From: Eledone cirrhosa
Lineage: Eukaryota
Reading direction: 5' to 3'
Length of the DNA: 64,000 nucleotides
NCBI GenBank assembly: GCA_964016885.1
Contig: OZ024747.1
Location: forward strand, 43,772,001 to 43,836,000
Shown here: positions 31,091 to 46,462 of the stretch, in pieces
How positions within the stretch are numbered: position 1 is the first letter of the stretch
How the letters are laid out: each line of letters starts with the position of its first letter
Translations under genes and position numbers: made by a program
Notes under the pieces: model-generated
The model's database searches: none
Told to the model about the DNA's origin: nothing
What the model saw: only the letters and a program-made list of their open reading frames with translations

Positions 31091-31891
31091 ACACACACAC
31101 ACATATATATATAGTGCACCATCCCTTTTGTATTTCAATGTGTCTAAAGGTGGATTCTTTCACCACAAAGCCATCAATCAACCTATTTAAATTCAGTTTC
31201 AAATTTTAGACTGAAGTCTCATTAAAATATAAAAGATTTTCAATAGGTAAACATTGGAGTTTTAAGTTGAACGTTAGTTATATTAATTTCACTAATTCAT
31301 AATTCTTGATTATTTTGAAAATTAAAACAGAGACAGTATATTCTTCTTAGAAATATGGTTACAAATACAATTGTTGAATATATTTTATCACTTGCAGTCT
31401 TTGATACATCTTTTCAAAAAGCACTATTTTATAAACACTGACATCCAATTAACTAGTAATTATATACTGCAGGCAGGGGGTGGCTTATGATAATATGATA
31501 CATAGCAATTTAAGTAATGTAATTAATTCTTGAGCAGCTATACTGTAATTATTTCTTTAGTGCATTTTGGTAAATAACATAATTGATATCTTCACATTTT
31601 TAATTTTATCTTGCTCAGTTTTGCTATGTATATAGTAGCTATGTAGCATTTAACTAATCAATGTTATTTCAGTAATGAACTTTAGATATCACAAACAAAT
31701 GGTAGCTTTCTTAGTACATACAGACAAAAAAAAAAGCACTAGCAATTGATTTCTTTTATAAACTATGTTCTATAAACATTACATTTTCTAAAATTGATAT
31801 TTTTATATTGATAATTCCAATAAACCAAACTTTTCCATTCAATTACAAAAGCCATGTTAGATGAAATTAGTGTTGTTATTCTAAATACATT

Positions 31892-31931
31892 TCATATATA
31901 TATATATATATATTCCAAATAAATATACATT

Positions 31932-31969
<38 letters not shown>

Positions 31970-32010
31970 CAAATAAATATACATTCCATATATATATATA
32001 TATATTGCCT

Positions 32011-32048
<38 letters not shown>

Positions 32049-32146
32049 CATATACATATATATATATATATATATATATTGCATATACATATATATATAT
32101 ATATATATATTGCATATACATATATATATATATATATATATATTGC

Positions 32147-32186
<40 letters not shown>

Positions 32187-32187
32187 C

Positions 32188-32227
<40 letters not shown>

Positions 32228-33393
32228 CATATACATATATATATATATATTGCATATACATATATATATATTGCATATACATATATATATATTGCATATA
32301 CATATATATATATATATATAGCATATACATATATATATATATAGCATATACATATATATATATATAGCATATACATATATATATATAGCATATACATATA
32401 TATATATAGCATATACATATATATATATATAGCATATACATATATATATATGCCAGGTGGTGCTATTAAGTTAGACATGGCCTGGGCCAATACTGGCCAA
32501 AACATTTCAAAGTTATTCAAAGTTATATATATATAGCATATACATATATATATATAGCATATACATATATATATATATAGCATATACATATATATATATA
32601 TAGCATATACATATATATATATATAGCATATACATATATATATATATAGCATATACATATATATATATAGCATATACATATATAGCATATACATATATAT
32701 ATATATATATAGCATATACATATATATATATATATAGCATATACATATATATATATATATATATATAGCATATACATATATATATATATAGCATATACAT
32801 ATATATATATAGCATATACATATATAGCATATACATATATATATAGCATATACATATATATATATAGCATATACATATATATATATATAGCATATACATA
32901 TATATATATATATATAGCATATACATATATATATATATATAGCATATACATATATATATATAGCATATACATATATATATAGCATATACATATATATATA
33001 GCATATACATATATATATAGCATATACATATATAGCATATACATATATATATATAGCATATACATATATATATATATAGCATATACATATATATATATAG
33101 CATATACATATATATATATATAGCATATACATATATAGAGCATATACATATATATATAGCATATACATATATATATAGCATATACATATATATATATATA
33201 GCATATACACATATATATATATAGCATATACATATATATATATATATATATAGCATATACATATATATATATATAGCATATACATATATATATATATATA
33301 TATAGCATATACATATATATATATATAGCATATACATATATATATATAGCATATACATATATATATATATAGCATATACATATATATATATAT
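31892..33393. repeat. (TA)n-based minisatellite with TTGCATATACA/TAGCATATACA punctuation
   Basis: Read directly. The same motif resumes at 34212-35796 and 36585-37225. Confidence 0.95.
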
Positions 33394-34217
33394 AGTATTA
33401 GTTATACTATTTATGGTTATGTAAACACAAAACCTTAAGCAGTTGTAAGTATTTTACACACACCCTAAATAGTGGTAGGCAGTAATGTATTACTACCTTA
33501 TTACCAGTAAGTTAAGTAGCTCAATGTAAAAACATCAGATGATTTACAGAGCAGTTATATGAAATATAAGAATCAAAGAACTGTTCAAAACATTATTGTG
33601 CTTACAGCTGTTTCCTCCAAACCGAGGTTTGGATTCTTCGGAGCAATTTATTAATGCATGGACAGTTATACGACCTCCTTTTCAGCCGAGAGACATCTCC
33701 AATACTTATAACACTTTTAATGCTTGCACTATCTTTAATGTTTATAATATTTCTCCACACACAGACTACATCAATCATATAAAGACTTTGCCACCAGATC
33801 TACCAACCTAACACTCTTATTTACCTACCTAAGTGCCTCTACCACACATATCTCTCTGCCACACTATATAAACAAGACGCACATGCGTGCCACACATATA
33901 ACATTTGCACTATATAACCACTTATCTTCATGTTGTACTTTAACCTATATCTTTGATTTTTGATTGTACCTATTAATATAAATGTAATCTCGAAGTGTGT
34001 ACTGCCACTCTAAATTTTGTAATGAATGTTGACCCACAATGTTTGAATATGTATCAATGTTTGAATATGTATTGGTATGTCTCTCGGCTGAAAAGGAGGT
34101 CGTATAACTGTCCATGCATTAATAAATTGCTCCGAAGAATCCAAACCTCGGTTTGGAGGAAACAGCTGTAAGCACAATAATGTTTTGAACAGTTCTTTGA
34201 TTCTTATATTTCATATA
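33394..34217. mobile_element. Inverted-repeat element with hammerhead ribozymes and one-sided tail (family B), probable Penelope-like remnant
   Basis: 141-bp inverted repeat with no mismatch seen (33556-33696 / 34077-34217), 380-bp spacer, unpaired tail 33394-33555, flanked by (TA)n. Related diverged copy at 51637-52200. Confidence 0.8.
34128..34174 (+). ncRNA. Minimal type I hammerhead ribozyme motif (CCGAAGA variant); mirror copy at 33599-33645 (-)
   Basis: tgct - CCGAAGA - a tccaaacc tc ggtttgga g - GAAA - CAGCTG (palindromic stem III) - TA - agca. Confidence 0.7.
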
Positions 34218-34591
34218 TATATATATATATATTGCATATACATATATATTGCATATACATATATATTGCATATACATATATATATATTGCATATACATAT
34301 ATATATATATTGCATATACATATATATATATATTGCATATACATATATATATATTGCATATACATATATATATATTGCATATACATATATATATATTGCA
34401 TATACATATATATATATATTGCATATACATATATATATATTGCATATACATATATTGCATATACATATATATATATTGCATATACATATATATATATTGC
34501 ATATACATATATATATATTGCATATACATATATATATATATTGCATATACATATATATAGCATATACATATATATATATTGCATATACATA

Positions 34592-34632
<41 letters not shown>

Positions 34633-34730
34633 GTATATATATGTATATATATGTATATATATATATGTATATATATATATATAAGTATATATATGTATAT
34701 ATATATTACATATATATATATATATGTATA

Positions 34731-34771
<41 letters not shown>

Positions 34772-34844
34772 AGTATATATATATTGCATATACATATATA
34801 TATTGCATATACATATATATATTGCATATACATATATATATTGC

Positions 34845-34885
<41 letters not shown>

Positions 34886-35033
34886 TATACATATGTATAT
34901 ATACATATATATACATATGTATATATATGTATATATGTATATATGTATATATACATATATATATACATATATATACATATGTATATATATACATATATAT
35001 ATACATATATATACATATGTATATATATGTATA

Positions 35034-35164
<131 letters not shown>

Positions 35165-35188
35165 TGCATATACATATATATATATATG

Positions 35189-35219
<31 letters not shown>

Positions 35220-35405
35220 TATACATATATATATATATGTATATATATGTATATATATATATATATATGTATATATTGCATATACATATATATATATATA
35301 TGTATATATATGTATATATATATATATATATATGTATATATTGCATATACATATATATATGTATATATATGTATATATATATATATGTATATATGTATAT
35401 ATTGC

Positions 35406-35451
<46 letters not shown>

Positions 35452-35477
35452 CATATACATATATATATATATGTATA

Positions 35478-35561
<84 letters not shown>

Positions 35562-35604
35562 GCATATACATATATTGCATATACATATATATACATATAT
35601 ATAC

Positions 35605-35635
<31 letters not shown>

Positions 35636-35649
35636 TATACATATGTATA

Positions 35650-35722
<73 letters not shown>

Positions 35723-35796
35723 GTATATGCAATATATATATATGTATATGCAATATATATATATACATATATATACATATATATATATATATACAT

Positions 35797-36273
35797 AGGC
35801 CGGTTGTCTGATGCCTGTGTGAGGAGCGCGATGCTGCAAGGTAGTGAGACATGGGCAGCAACTGCAGAGGATATGCAACGGCTGGAGAGAAATGAGGCAA
35901 GCATGCTCCGTTGGATGTGCAGTGTAAATGTGCGTGAACAACCCAGCATAAATGTGTTGAGAGAGAAACTGTGTCTGAGAGGGATAGAATGTAGTGTACG
36001 GGAGAGGAGACTGAGGTGGTATGGACATGTGATGCGCATGGAGGATGACCGATGGGTGAAGAAGTGCCAGGAATTGCCAGTTGAGGGAAGACGTGGTAGA
36101 GGTAAACCATGAAAAACATGGGCGGAGGTGGTGAGAACAGACCTCAGATCATTGAAGCTCACGGTGGAGATGACGAGGGACCGTGACGAGTGGAGAGATG
36201 CTGTGCTGAATAAGACCCGTCCCACCCTTGCAAGCAGGGAAAAGCGGACGTAAAATGATGATGATGATGATGA
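35797..36273 (+). mobile_element. RTE-clade LINE 3' fragment
   Basis: Translates [54 protein letters not shown], with a premature TGA at 36110-36112. 3' end gcggacgtaaaa(tga)n. Confidence 0.92.
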
Positions 36274-36284
36274 CATATATATAC

Positions 36285-36315
<31 letters not shown>

Positions 36316-36321
36316 CATATA

Positions 36322-36585
36322 CAAGGTGGTCGTGGAGGTGCCACGGCAAAAAAGCACCCAGCCCACACTGTAAAGTGGACGTGTAGGCGCCACGAAAAAG
36401 CACCCAGCACTCACTGTAAATGAGGTTGGTGTTAGGAAGGGCATCCAGCTGTAGAAATCAAGCCAGATCAGTTCCTGTATGAGCAAGGCATGGTCAGCTG
36501 ACCAGACACTGCCCACAACAGGACAACCCGTCTAACCCATGCTAGCGTGGAAGAACGGACGTAAAACGGTGATGATGATGATGAT
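36322..36585 (+). mobile_element. 5'-truncated RTE-tailed SINE (family 3 related)
   Basis: gtggtcgtggaggtgccacggcaaaaaagcacccagc..gttaggaagggcatccagc..aacccatgctagcgtggaagaacggacgtaaaa(gat)n. Confidence 0.8.
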
Positions 36586-36640
36586 ATATATGTATGTATA
36601 TATATGTATATATATGTATATATATATATATTGCATATAC

Positions 36641-36678
<38 letters not shown>

Positions 36679-36688
36679 TGCATATACA

Positions 36689-36721
<33 letters not shown>

Positions 36722-36730
36722 TGCATATAC

Positions 36731-36764
<34 letters not shown>

Positions 36765-37008
36765 TATACATATATGTATATATATATATTGCATATACAT
36801 ATATATATATATATATATATTGCATATACATATATATATATATATTGCATATACATATATATATATATATATATATATTGCATATACATATATATATATA
36901 TATTGCATATACATATATATATATATATATATATTGCATATACATATATATATATATATATTGCATATACATATATATATATATATTGCATATACATATA
37001 TATATATG

Positions 37009-37042
<34 letters not shown>

Positions 37043-37118
37043 TATTGCATATACATATATATATATGTATATATATATATATATGCATATATATATATAT
37101 GTATATGCATATATATAT

Positions 37119-37150
<32 letters not shown>

Positions 37151-37164
37151 GTATATGTAAATAT

Positions 37165-37196
<32 letters not shown>

Positions 37197-37223
37197 GTAT
37201 ATGTAAATATATATATATGTATA

Positions 37224-37528
37224 TACAATATTAAATAAATGGAAAACTATATTTATAAAACCATATCTATTTCATTATATATATTTCGGGGATATCATAT
37301 TAACAATATGCTATGCCTTCATCAGACAAAATACAATAAACAGTTTTATAGATAAATATATTCGACATACCGTAATAAACATCAACTTCATTTGAAGAGG
37401 TTTACTCTAGCAGAGGTTTACTCCATTTATTTAATATTGTAAATATACTCCAAATATTTGTCGAGTGCTTTTATATCAGTTATAAATATTTACTAGTTGT
37501 AACCCAACAATTTTAAATATAACTTTAC
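37224..37528. mobile_element. Short-IR element with minus-strand hammerhead and right-hand tail
   Basis: IR tacaatattaaataaatgga (37224-37243) / tccatttatttaatattgta (37422-37441). Tail runs to 37528. Flanked by TA microsatellite. Confidence 0.65.
37271..37330 (-). ncRNA. Minimal type I hammerhead ribozyme motif
   Basis: Minus strand: tttgt - CTGATGA - aggcatagcatattgttaatatgatatcccc - GAAA - TATATA - TA - atgaa. Stem I pairs only with G-U wobbles. Confidence 0.6.
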
Positions 37529-37564
37529 ATGTATATGTATATATATATATATGTATATATATAT

Positions 37565-37616
<52 letters not shown>

Positions 37617-37621
37617 GTATG

Positions 37622-37671
<50 letters not shown>

Positions 37672-37711
37672 TGTATGTATATATATGTATATATATATAT
37701 ATATATGTATG

Positions 37712-37746
<35 letters not shown>

Positions 37747-37757
37747 GTATATATATG

Positions 37758-37792
<35 letters not shown>

Positions 37793-37843
37793 GTATATAT
37801 ATGTATATATATATATATATATGTGTATATATATATATATGTG

Positions 37844-37950
<107 letters not shown>

Positions 37951-38015
37951 GTATATATATATATGTATATATATATATATGTATATATATGTATATATAT
38001 ATATGTATATATATG

Positions 38016-38048
<33 letters not shown>

Positions 38049-38095
38049 GTATATATATGTATATATATATATATATATGTATATGTATATATATG

Positions 38096-38154
<59 letters not shown>

Positions 38155-38170
38155 GTATATATATATATAC

Positions 38171-38205
<35 letters not shown>

Positions 38206-38206
38206 C

Positions 38207-38237
<31 letters not shown>

Positions 38238-38248
38238 CATATATATAC

Positions 38249-38281
<33 letters not shown>

Positions 38282-38316
38282 CATATATATACATATATAT
38301 ATATACATATATATAC

Positions 38317-38439
<123 letters not shown>

Positions 38440-38447
38440 CACATATA

Positions 38448-38878
38448 TGGAGAGATGACCCCATATATGGGAGAGATGACCCCTTAGCCTTTGTCAAGGC
38501 AGAATTCTAGGAGAAGGAAAACTCTGATGTAACACCTGCAACCTTGATGGTATCCAATGATGTTGACTTGTTCTTCTTTTTGGTAAATATCATCTTGGTT
38601 AAGAGAGTGGGACTGGCTTTGTGCAGTGCCTTTGCTCACTATAAAAGCTTCACGGCACAGGCATTGCTTTATATCTGGAGATCTCTCTGCACTTGTCGTC
38701 ACATGGTACCATGGGCCCTGCACTATGTGTCAATAATGGTCACAAGTGTAGTGTTTGTACCAGAGTTTTCAAGTTGCTGGCTGGACTAAAAAGTCACATT
38801 CGTTCGGCGCATCGGTAGGGGTTCTCCTACATGGATATAAAGTAGTGGCCGTACTCGAAAACGAGTTGGCAGCCACCA
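38448..38878 (+). mobile_element. Bipartite non-autonomous RTE derivative (5'UTR-like part fused to the 3' end)
   Basis: ctaggagaaggaaaactctga and gagagtgggactggc resemble RTE 5'UTR motifs (from recall). 38741-38818 encodes [25 protein letters not shown] (terminal C2H2 finger), followed by an RTE-like 3' hairpin ctcgaaaacgag and (TA)n. Confidence 0.6.
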
Positions 38879-38892
38879 TATATATATATATG

Positions 38893-39047
<155 letters not shown>

Positions 39048-39120
39048 GTATATATATATATGTATATGTATATATATGTATATATATATGTATATATATA
39101 TATATGTATATATATATATG

Positions 39121-39151
<31 letters not shown>

Positions 39152-39166
39152 GTATATATATATATG

Positions 39167-39297
<131 letters not shown>

Positions 39298-39606
39298 GTA
39301 TATATATATATATATATGTATATATATGTATATATATATATATGATATATGTATATATATGTATATATATATATATGTATATATATGTATATATATATAT
39401 GTATATATATGTATATATATGTATATATATATATGTATATATATGTATATATATATATGTATATATATGTATATATATGTATATATATATATGTATATAT
39501 ATGTATATATATATATATATATACATATATATGTATATATATGTATATATATATATATGATATATATATATGTATATATATGTATATATATATGTATATA
39601 TATATG

Positions 39607-39692
<86 letters not shown>

Positions 39693-40319
39693 GATAAATC
39701 TACCAAGAGTTTACGGTAGTGTCCATATATGTATATATCTCTATCGGCCCATTAAAATCGCTTTCACCCTCACTCTCTCTCTATCATATATGCGTCGCTC
39801 TCTCTCACTCTCAGTCCCTATGCACCAAATATAAATAAGCCTGTTACGGGGGACAAAACTCAGAATTTGTCAACTTTTATTGATGGTCAGTCTGCTTCTA
39901 AGAAATGTAACGTACAAATATCATTTTCTTCTTAACTCCGCACCCTTCGGTTCATTCATCCATATATATATAATCTCCCAGAATCAAAATCTTATTCATA
40001 ATTGTCTTTCTATAATTCTGTCTCACTGTTCTAAAAATCTTTTCCACGTTGTTCTAAATAATCTTCCCGCTACCATTTTGGCCGAAATTTTTTTCCAGGA
40101 TTCATAGAAATGGCCTCTCTCTCTCTCGGCCCGCTAAAATCACTTTCACCCTCACTATCATATACGTCGCTCTCTCACTCCCTACGCACCAAATATAAAT
40201 AAGTCTGCTCCTCGCAAACTACCCCATACCCCTCCCTCCCGCTCCCACTCTCCACCTTATTATTTGGACCAATCACAAGTCAACGGCCTATGCTATCACT
40301 TCTGGTTGCTTTTTGATGG

Positions 40320-42176
40320 ATGGACTAATGAATTTCTGGAGAGTGAAGAATCTGGACACCCGAAGACAATGCCAAAGATAACGACAAATTCACCTCATGC
40401 TGCCGGATGAAAGGGCAAGGCCCCCTCCTCTTTGTTGCGGCCGCAGATGGCCAACATAACCCTAACCCCATCCACCTCACCCCTCCCTGCGCCCCACCCA
40501 CCAAACGCAATCCAAAACTTCTAAGTTGGTACCATGAATGTAGGCACCTTAAAAGGCCGCTCTAACGAGGTTGTAGAAATGCTTGAGCGTAAGGAGGTTG
40601 ATGTTTGCTGTATCCAAGAGACCAGGTGGAGGGGCGGGTCTGCTAGATTCATTGTGGGTAAAAAACGATGCTATAAGCTTTTCTGGGTGGGAAATGACAA
40701 TGGGCTGGGTGGGGTAGGAATCATGTTAGCAGAAAAATGGGTGGATAAGATAATAGACGTAAATACAGTGAATGACAGAATAATTAAAATAAGATCAGGG
40801 GAACATACCAGCCAGGTTGATTATATCCTTACCAGAAGACGTGACAGAGTGTCTGTTGTAAACACTAAATCCCTCCCCCATGAAGAATGCACCTCCCAAC
40901 ATAGACTCATAATTAGCGACCTCATAGTCAGGACGAGACGTACTCAACAGCAGAAGAGGACTATCCTCAGGAGAAAAAATATGGAAGCTAAAGGACCCCA
41001 CAGCCAGAAATAAATTTAAAAGCATATTACTTGATGCTTTCGACAGTAAGGAAGAGCATTTAGAGTTGTACAATATAGAGGAACAGTGGAAATTCCTGAA
41101 AGCAAACCTGCTGATGGCGGCAGACAAAGTCTGTGGCTGGAGCAGGCCTATAGGCAGGAGGAGAGTAACATGGTGGTGGAACAGTAAGGTGGAGGAGTCA
41201 ATTAAGGCCAAAAAGCAGGCTTGGAAAGTATGGCGGGATGGGGGAAGTAGAGAAGACTATCAAGTGGCCAGGAGGGAAGCTAGGAGATAAGTGTACTTCG
41301 CAAGAAGGGAAGCAGAGGAAAGAAAGTTCAAGCATGTTCTACAACGCAAGGACCAAAAACGTGAGGTGTTCAGGATTGCTAGGCAATGTGTCAAGGAAAA
41401 CAGTGATATTGTCGGGGAGAAGTGTGTACTTAATGATGATGGTGTACTTGCCATCACTGACGCTGATAAGAAAGTAGCTTGGAAGTGTCACTACGAAAGG
41501 CTACTAAATGAGAATAAATGGGAGAAAGACAGTCTCCCACACAACGACCCAATAGAGGGACCAGCAGTGTTAGTTGAAGGTAGTATAATAAGTAAGGCAA
41601 TCAAAGATATGAAGACAGGTAAGGCGGCTGGGCCTTCGGAAAAAGTTGCTGAGATGCTGAAAGCCTCTGGAACGGTGGGAAACACCAGGGTCACCCGGAT
41701 AGTCATACAGAATGGGGTTGTTCCGAAATGACTGGCGTAGCAGCATCATCATTAACTGTTACAAGGGTAAAGGAGATGCCCTAGATAGGAGTAACTATAG
41801 AGGCATTAAATTAATCGACCAGGTCATGAAGGTCACGGAAAAAGTAATAGCGCAACTAATCAGAGAGAGAATTGATCTAGATGAAATGCAGTTCGGGTTT
41901 GTGGCAGGCAAAAGTCCCACAGACGCTCTTTTCATTGTACGACAACTACAGGAGAAGTACCTAGCTAAAAGTAAACCCCTATACTTAGCTTTTGTCGACT
42001 TGGAGAAAGCCTTCGACAGAGTCCCCCGTTCCATTATCTGGTGGGCTATTACAAAACTAGGTGTTGATGAATGGCTTGTGAGAGCTATACAAGCCATGTA
42101 TAAAGAAACAGTCAGGTAGGTTAGAATCAACAACGAATATAGTGAAGAGTTTAGCGTAAAAGTTGGTGTTCATCAG
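40320..42176 (+). mobile_element. RTE-clade LINE, disrupted: APE endonuclease plus N-terminal part of reverse transcriptase
   Basis: NVGTLKGRS..VCCIQETRW..GVGIML (endonuclease); SQVDYIL..SQHRLII; KTGKAAGP; YKGKGD..SNYRGIKL..QFGF..YLAFVDLEKAFDRVPR (RT). Frameshifts and stops, an internal deletion near 40795, and truncation at VGVHQ by microsatellite. Confidence 0.93.
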
Positions 42177-42352
42177 ATACATATATAAATACATATATAT
42201 ATATATATATGAATATATCTATATATAAATATATATATAAATACATATAAATATATATATATATATATATCTATATATAAATATATATAAATACATATAT
42301 ATAAATACATATATATATAAATACATATATATATATATAAATACATATATAA

Positions 42353-42395
<43 letters not shown>

Positions 42396-42859
42396 CATAT
42401 AAATATATATATATAGATATATGAATATATCTATATATAAATATATATAAATACATATATAAATACATATATATCATCATCATCATCGTTTAACGTTGAT
42501 GATGATATATATGTATAAATATAAATATATATATATATAAATACATATAAATATATATATATGTATGTATTTATACATATCGTTTAACGTTGATGATGAT
42601 ATATATATATAAATACATATATATATACATATATAAATACATATATATATACATATATATATACATATATATATACATATATATATATACATATATATAC
42701 ATATATATATATACATATATATACATATATATATATATACATATATATATATACATATATATACATATATATATACATATATATATACATATATATATAC
42801 ATATATATATACATATATATATACATATATATATACATATATATATACATATATATATA

Positions 42860-42904
<45 letters not shown>

Positions 42905-42906
<2 letters not shown>

Positions 42907-43135
42907 CATCATCATCAACGTTTAACGTCCGTGTTCCACGCTTGCATGGGTTTGGACGGGGGGTATTCCCACTTGAGGCAAGAGTGATTGTCTTGCTCGT
43001 ATAGGACTGTCTGGCAGGTTTTCTACAGTTGGATGCCCTTCCTAACACCAACCACATTTACAGTGTGGGTCTGGGCGGTTTTTACCGTGTTGCCTACACG
43101 GCCACATTACAGCGTGGACTGTGTGTTTTTTTGTG
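42905..43135 (-). mobile_element. RTE-tailed SINE fragment
   Basis: catcatcaacgtttaacgtccgtgttccacgcttgcatggg..ggatgcccttcctaacaccaacc; similar piece at 52200-52360. Confidence 0.75.
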
Positions 43136-43146
43136 TATATATATAT

Positions 43147-43348
43147 AGCGAGGGAAAAGTGGTAAGGAACCAGGTGGACCATAACGCACCAAAGTACTCA
43201 ATACTTAGGGTAGTAGAGTGGGTAATAGGAGTAAGTAAGACCCCGACAGCTGAGCTCAAGCCGTTTCGACGGCTAATTCTGTACTCAATGAGTACAGAAT
43301 TAGCCGTCGAAACGGCTTGAGCTCAGCTGTCGGGGTCTTACTTACTCC

Positions 43349-43351
<3 letters not shown>
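43147..43351 (-). mobile_element. Palindrome-plus-tail element (family A), younger copy
   Basis: 127-bp palindrome 43225-43351 with a 1-nt centre at 43288 and no mismatch seen. Tail 43147-43224. Both ends in (TA)n. Homologous to 404-587. Confidence 0.8.
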
Positions 43352-43406
<55 letters not shown>

Positions 43407-43409
43407 TAT

Positions 43410-43531
<122 letters not shown>

Positions 43532-43611
43532 GTATTTACATATATATATATATGTGTATTTACATATATATATATATGTGTATTTACATATATATATATA
43601 TGTGTATTTAC

Positions 43612-43682
<71 letters not shown>

Positions 43683-43749
43683 ACTATAAATATATATATA
43701 TAAATATATATATAAATATATAAATATATATATAAATATATAAATATAT

Positions 43750-43782
<33 letters not shown>

Positions 43783-43825
43783 AATATAAATATATAAATA
43801 TATATATAAATATATATATATATAA

Positions 43826-43862
<37 letters not shown>

Positions 43863-43944
43863 CATATATATATATATATATATAAATACATATATATATA
43901 TATATATATATAAATACATATATATATATATATATAAATACATA

Positions 43945-44322
43945 ATGTAGGAGGTGAGTTTTATTGTAGTACAATAAAGCAATGCAGATATCGGATAAGA
44001 AGCACTTTACAGTTTGTAGGACTGGAGTATACATAATATAAGATCAAAAGATGGTTAAAGGAGTTCCATGTATTTTATTATGCGCATTTCAAAAACAAAC
44101 ATCATCATGCAATAATATTTGTGTTTTTATCAGATAAAACAGGAGAACATGATATGAAGGCTAAAAAACACTTGTGGATAGTGCAGTTTTAAATCAACAT
44201 ATCATATGTTGATTTAAAACTGCACTATCCACAAGTTGTTTTTAGCCTTCATATCATGTTCTCCTGTTTTATCTGATAAAAACACAAATATTATTGCATG
44301 ATGATGTTTGTTTTTGAAATGC
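43945..44322. mobile_element. Palindrome-plus-tail element (family C)
   Basis: Near-perfect 239-bp palindrome 44084-44322 centred on 44203. Unpaired tail 43945-44083. TA-rich flanks. Degenerate hammerhead-like ATGATGA..GAAA-TGCGCA-TA on the minus strand at about 44075-44112. Confidence 0.75.
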
Positions 44323-44984
44323 TTTATAAATACATATATATATATAAATATATAAATATAGCCTAAGGAAATATCTATATGCGTGTGTAATTAATACACG
44401 CATACATTTATTTTTAAAAAATTAATTGAGTTCTTAACACGAAGGATTGATTATGTTTTTGAAAAAACTAATTAACCCACGTGTATATTATTTTTCTTTT
44501 CTCGTGACTCGTGATTGTCTCCCTTTCCCACTTCATGACGCTATGATACTTCCTCAGTCAAAGGACTGCTGGAATTTCAAATTTGGCGGTCATTCGATGC
44601 GTGAAGGGACAAGTTACCAGACACGAAAATTAACTGCGGTAAGAAATTTTTCGTATATCAAAGTTTAATGGGCTTCCACTGACGATTTATAAGTGCCCAC
44701 CTAATTGTATTCTTACATTAAAATATATTAGGCTTCTACATAAACTGGAAATATTCTCCCAACTTGTAGAATACTTATAATAAAACAATTGTTTAGAAAG
44801 AGAGATATATTTTAATTTTAATTATATCTCATATAAAATAATACAACTGGCTTCCCACAAAATACATATAGTTGGCACCCCAGACACTAAATTGGGTTTA
44901 TACTAACGTATAACCTAATGTTTGTTGAGTGAGATGGTTACCAGTCGGAGTTTAGCGTAAAGCTTTCTCTGTTATTATATTAAT

Positions 44985-46462
<1,478 letters not shown>

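Noticed and set aside
38741-38818. Isolated C2H2 finger as a host gene exon
   Set aside because: No splice signals seen; it sits in a TA-flanked island with RTE-like UTR features and fits a LINE ORF terminus better.
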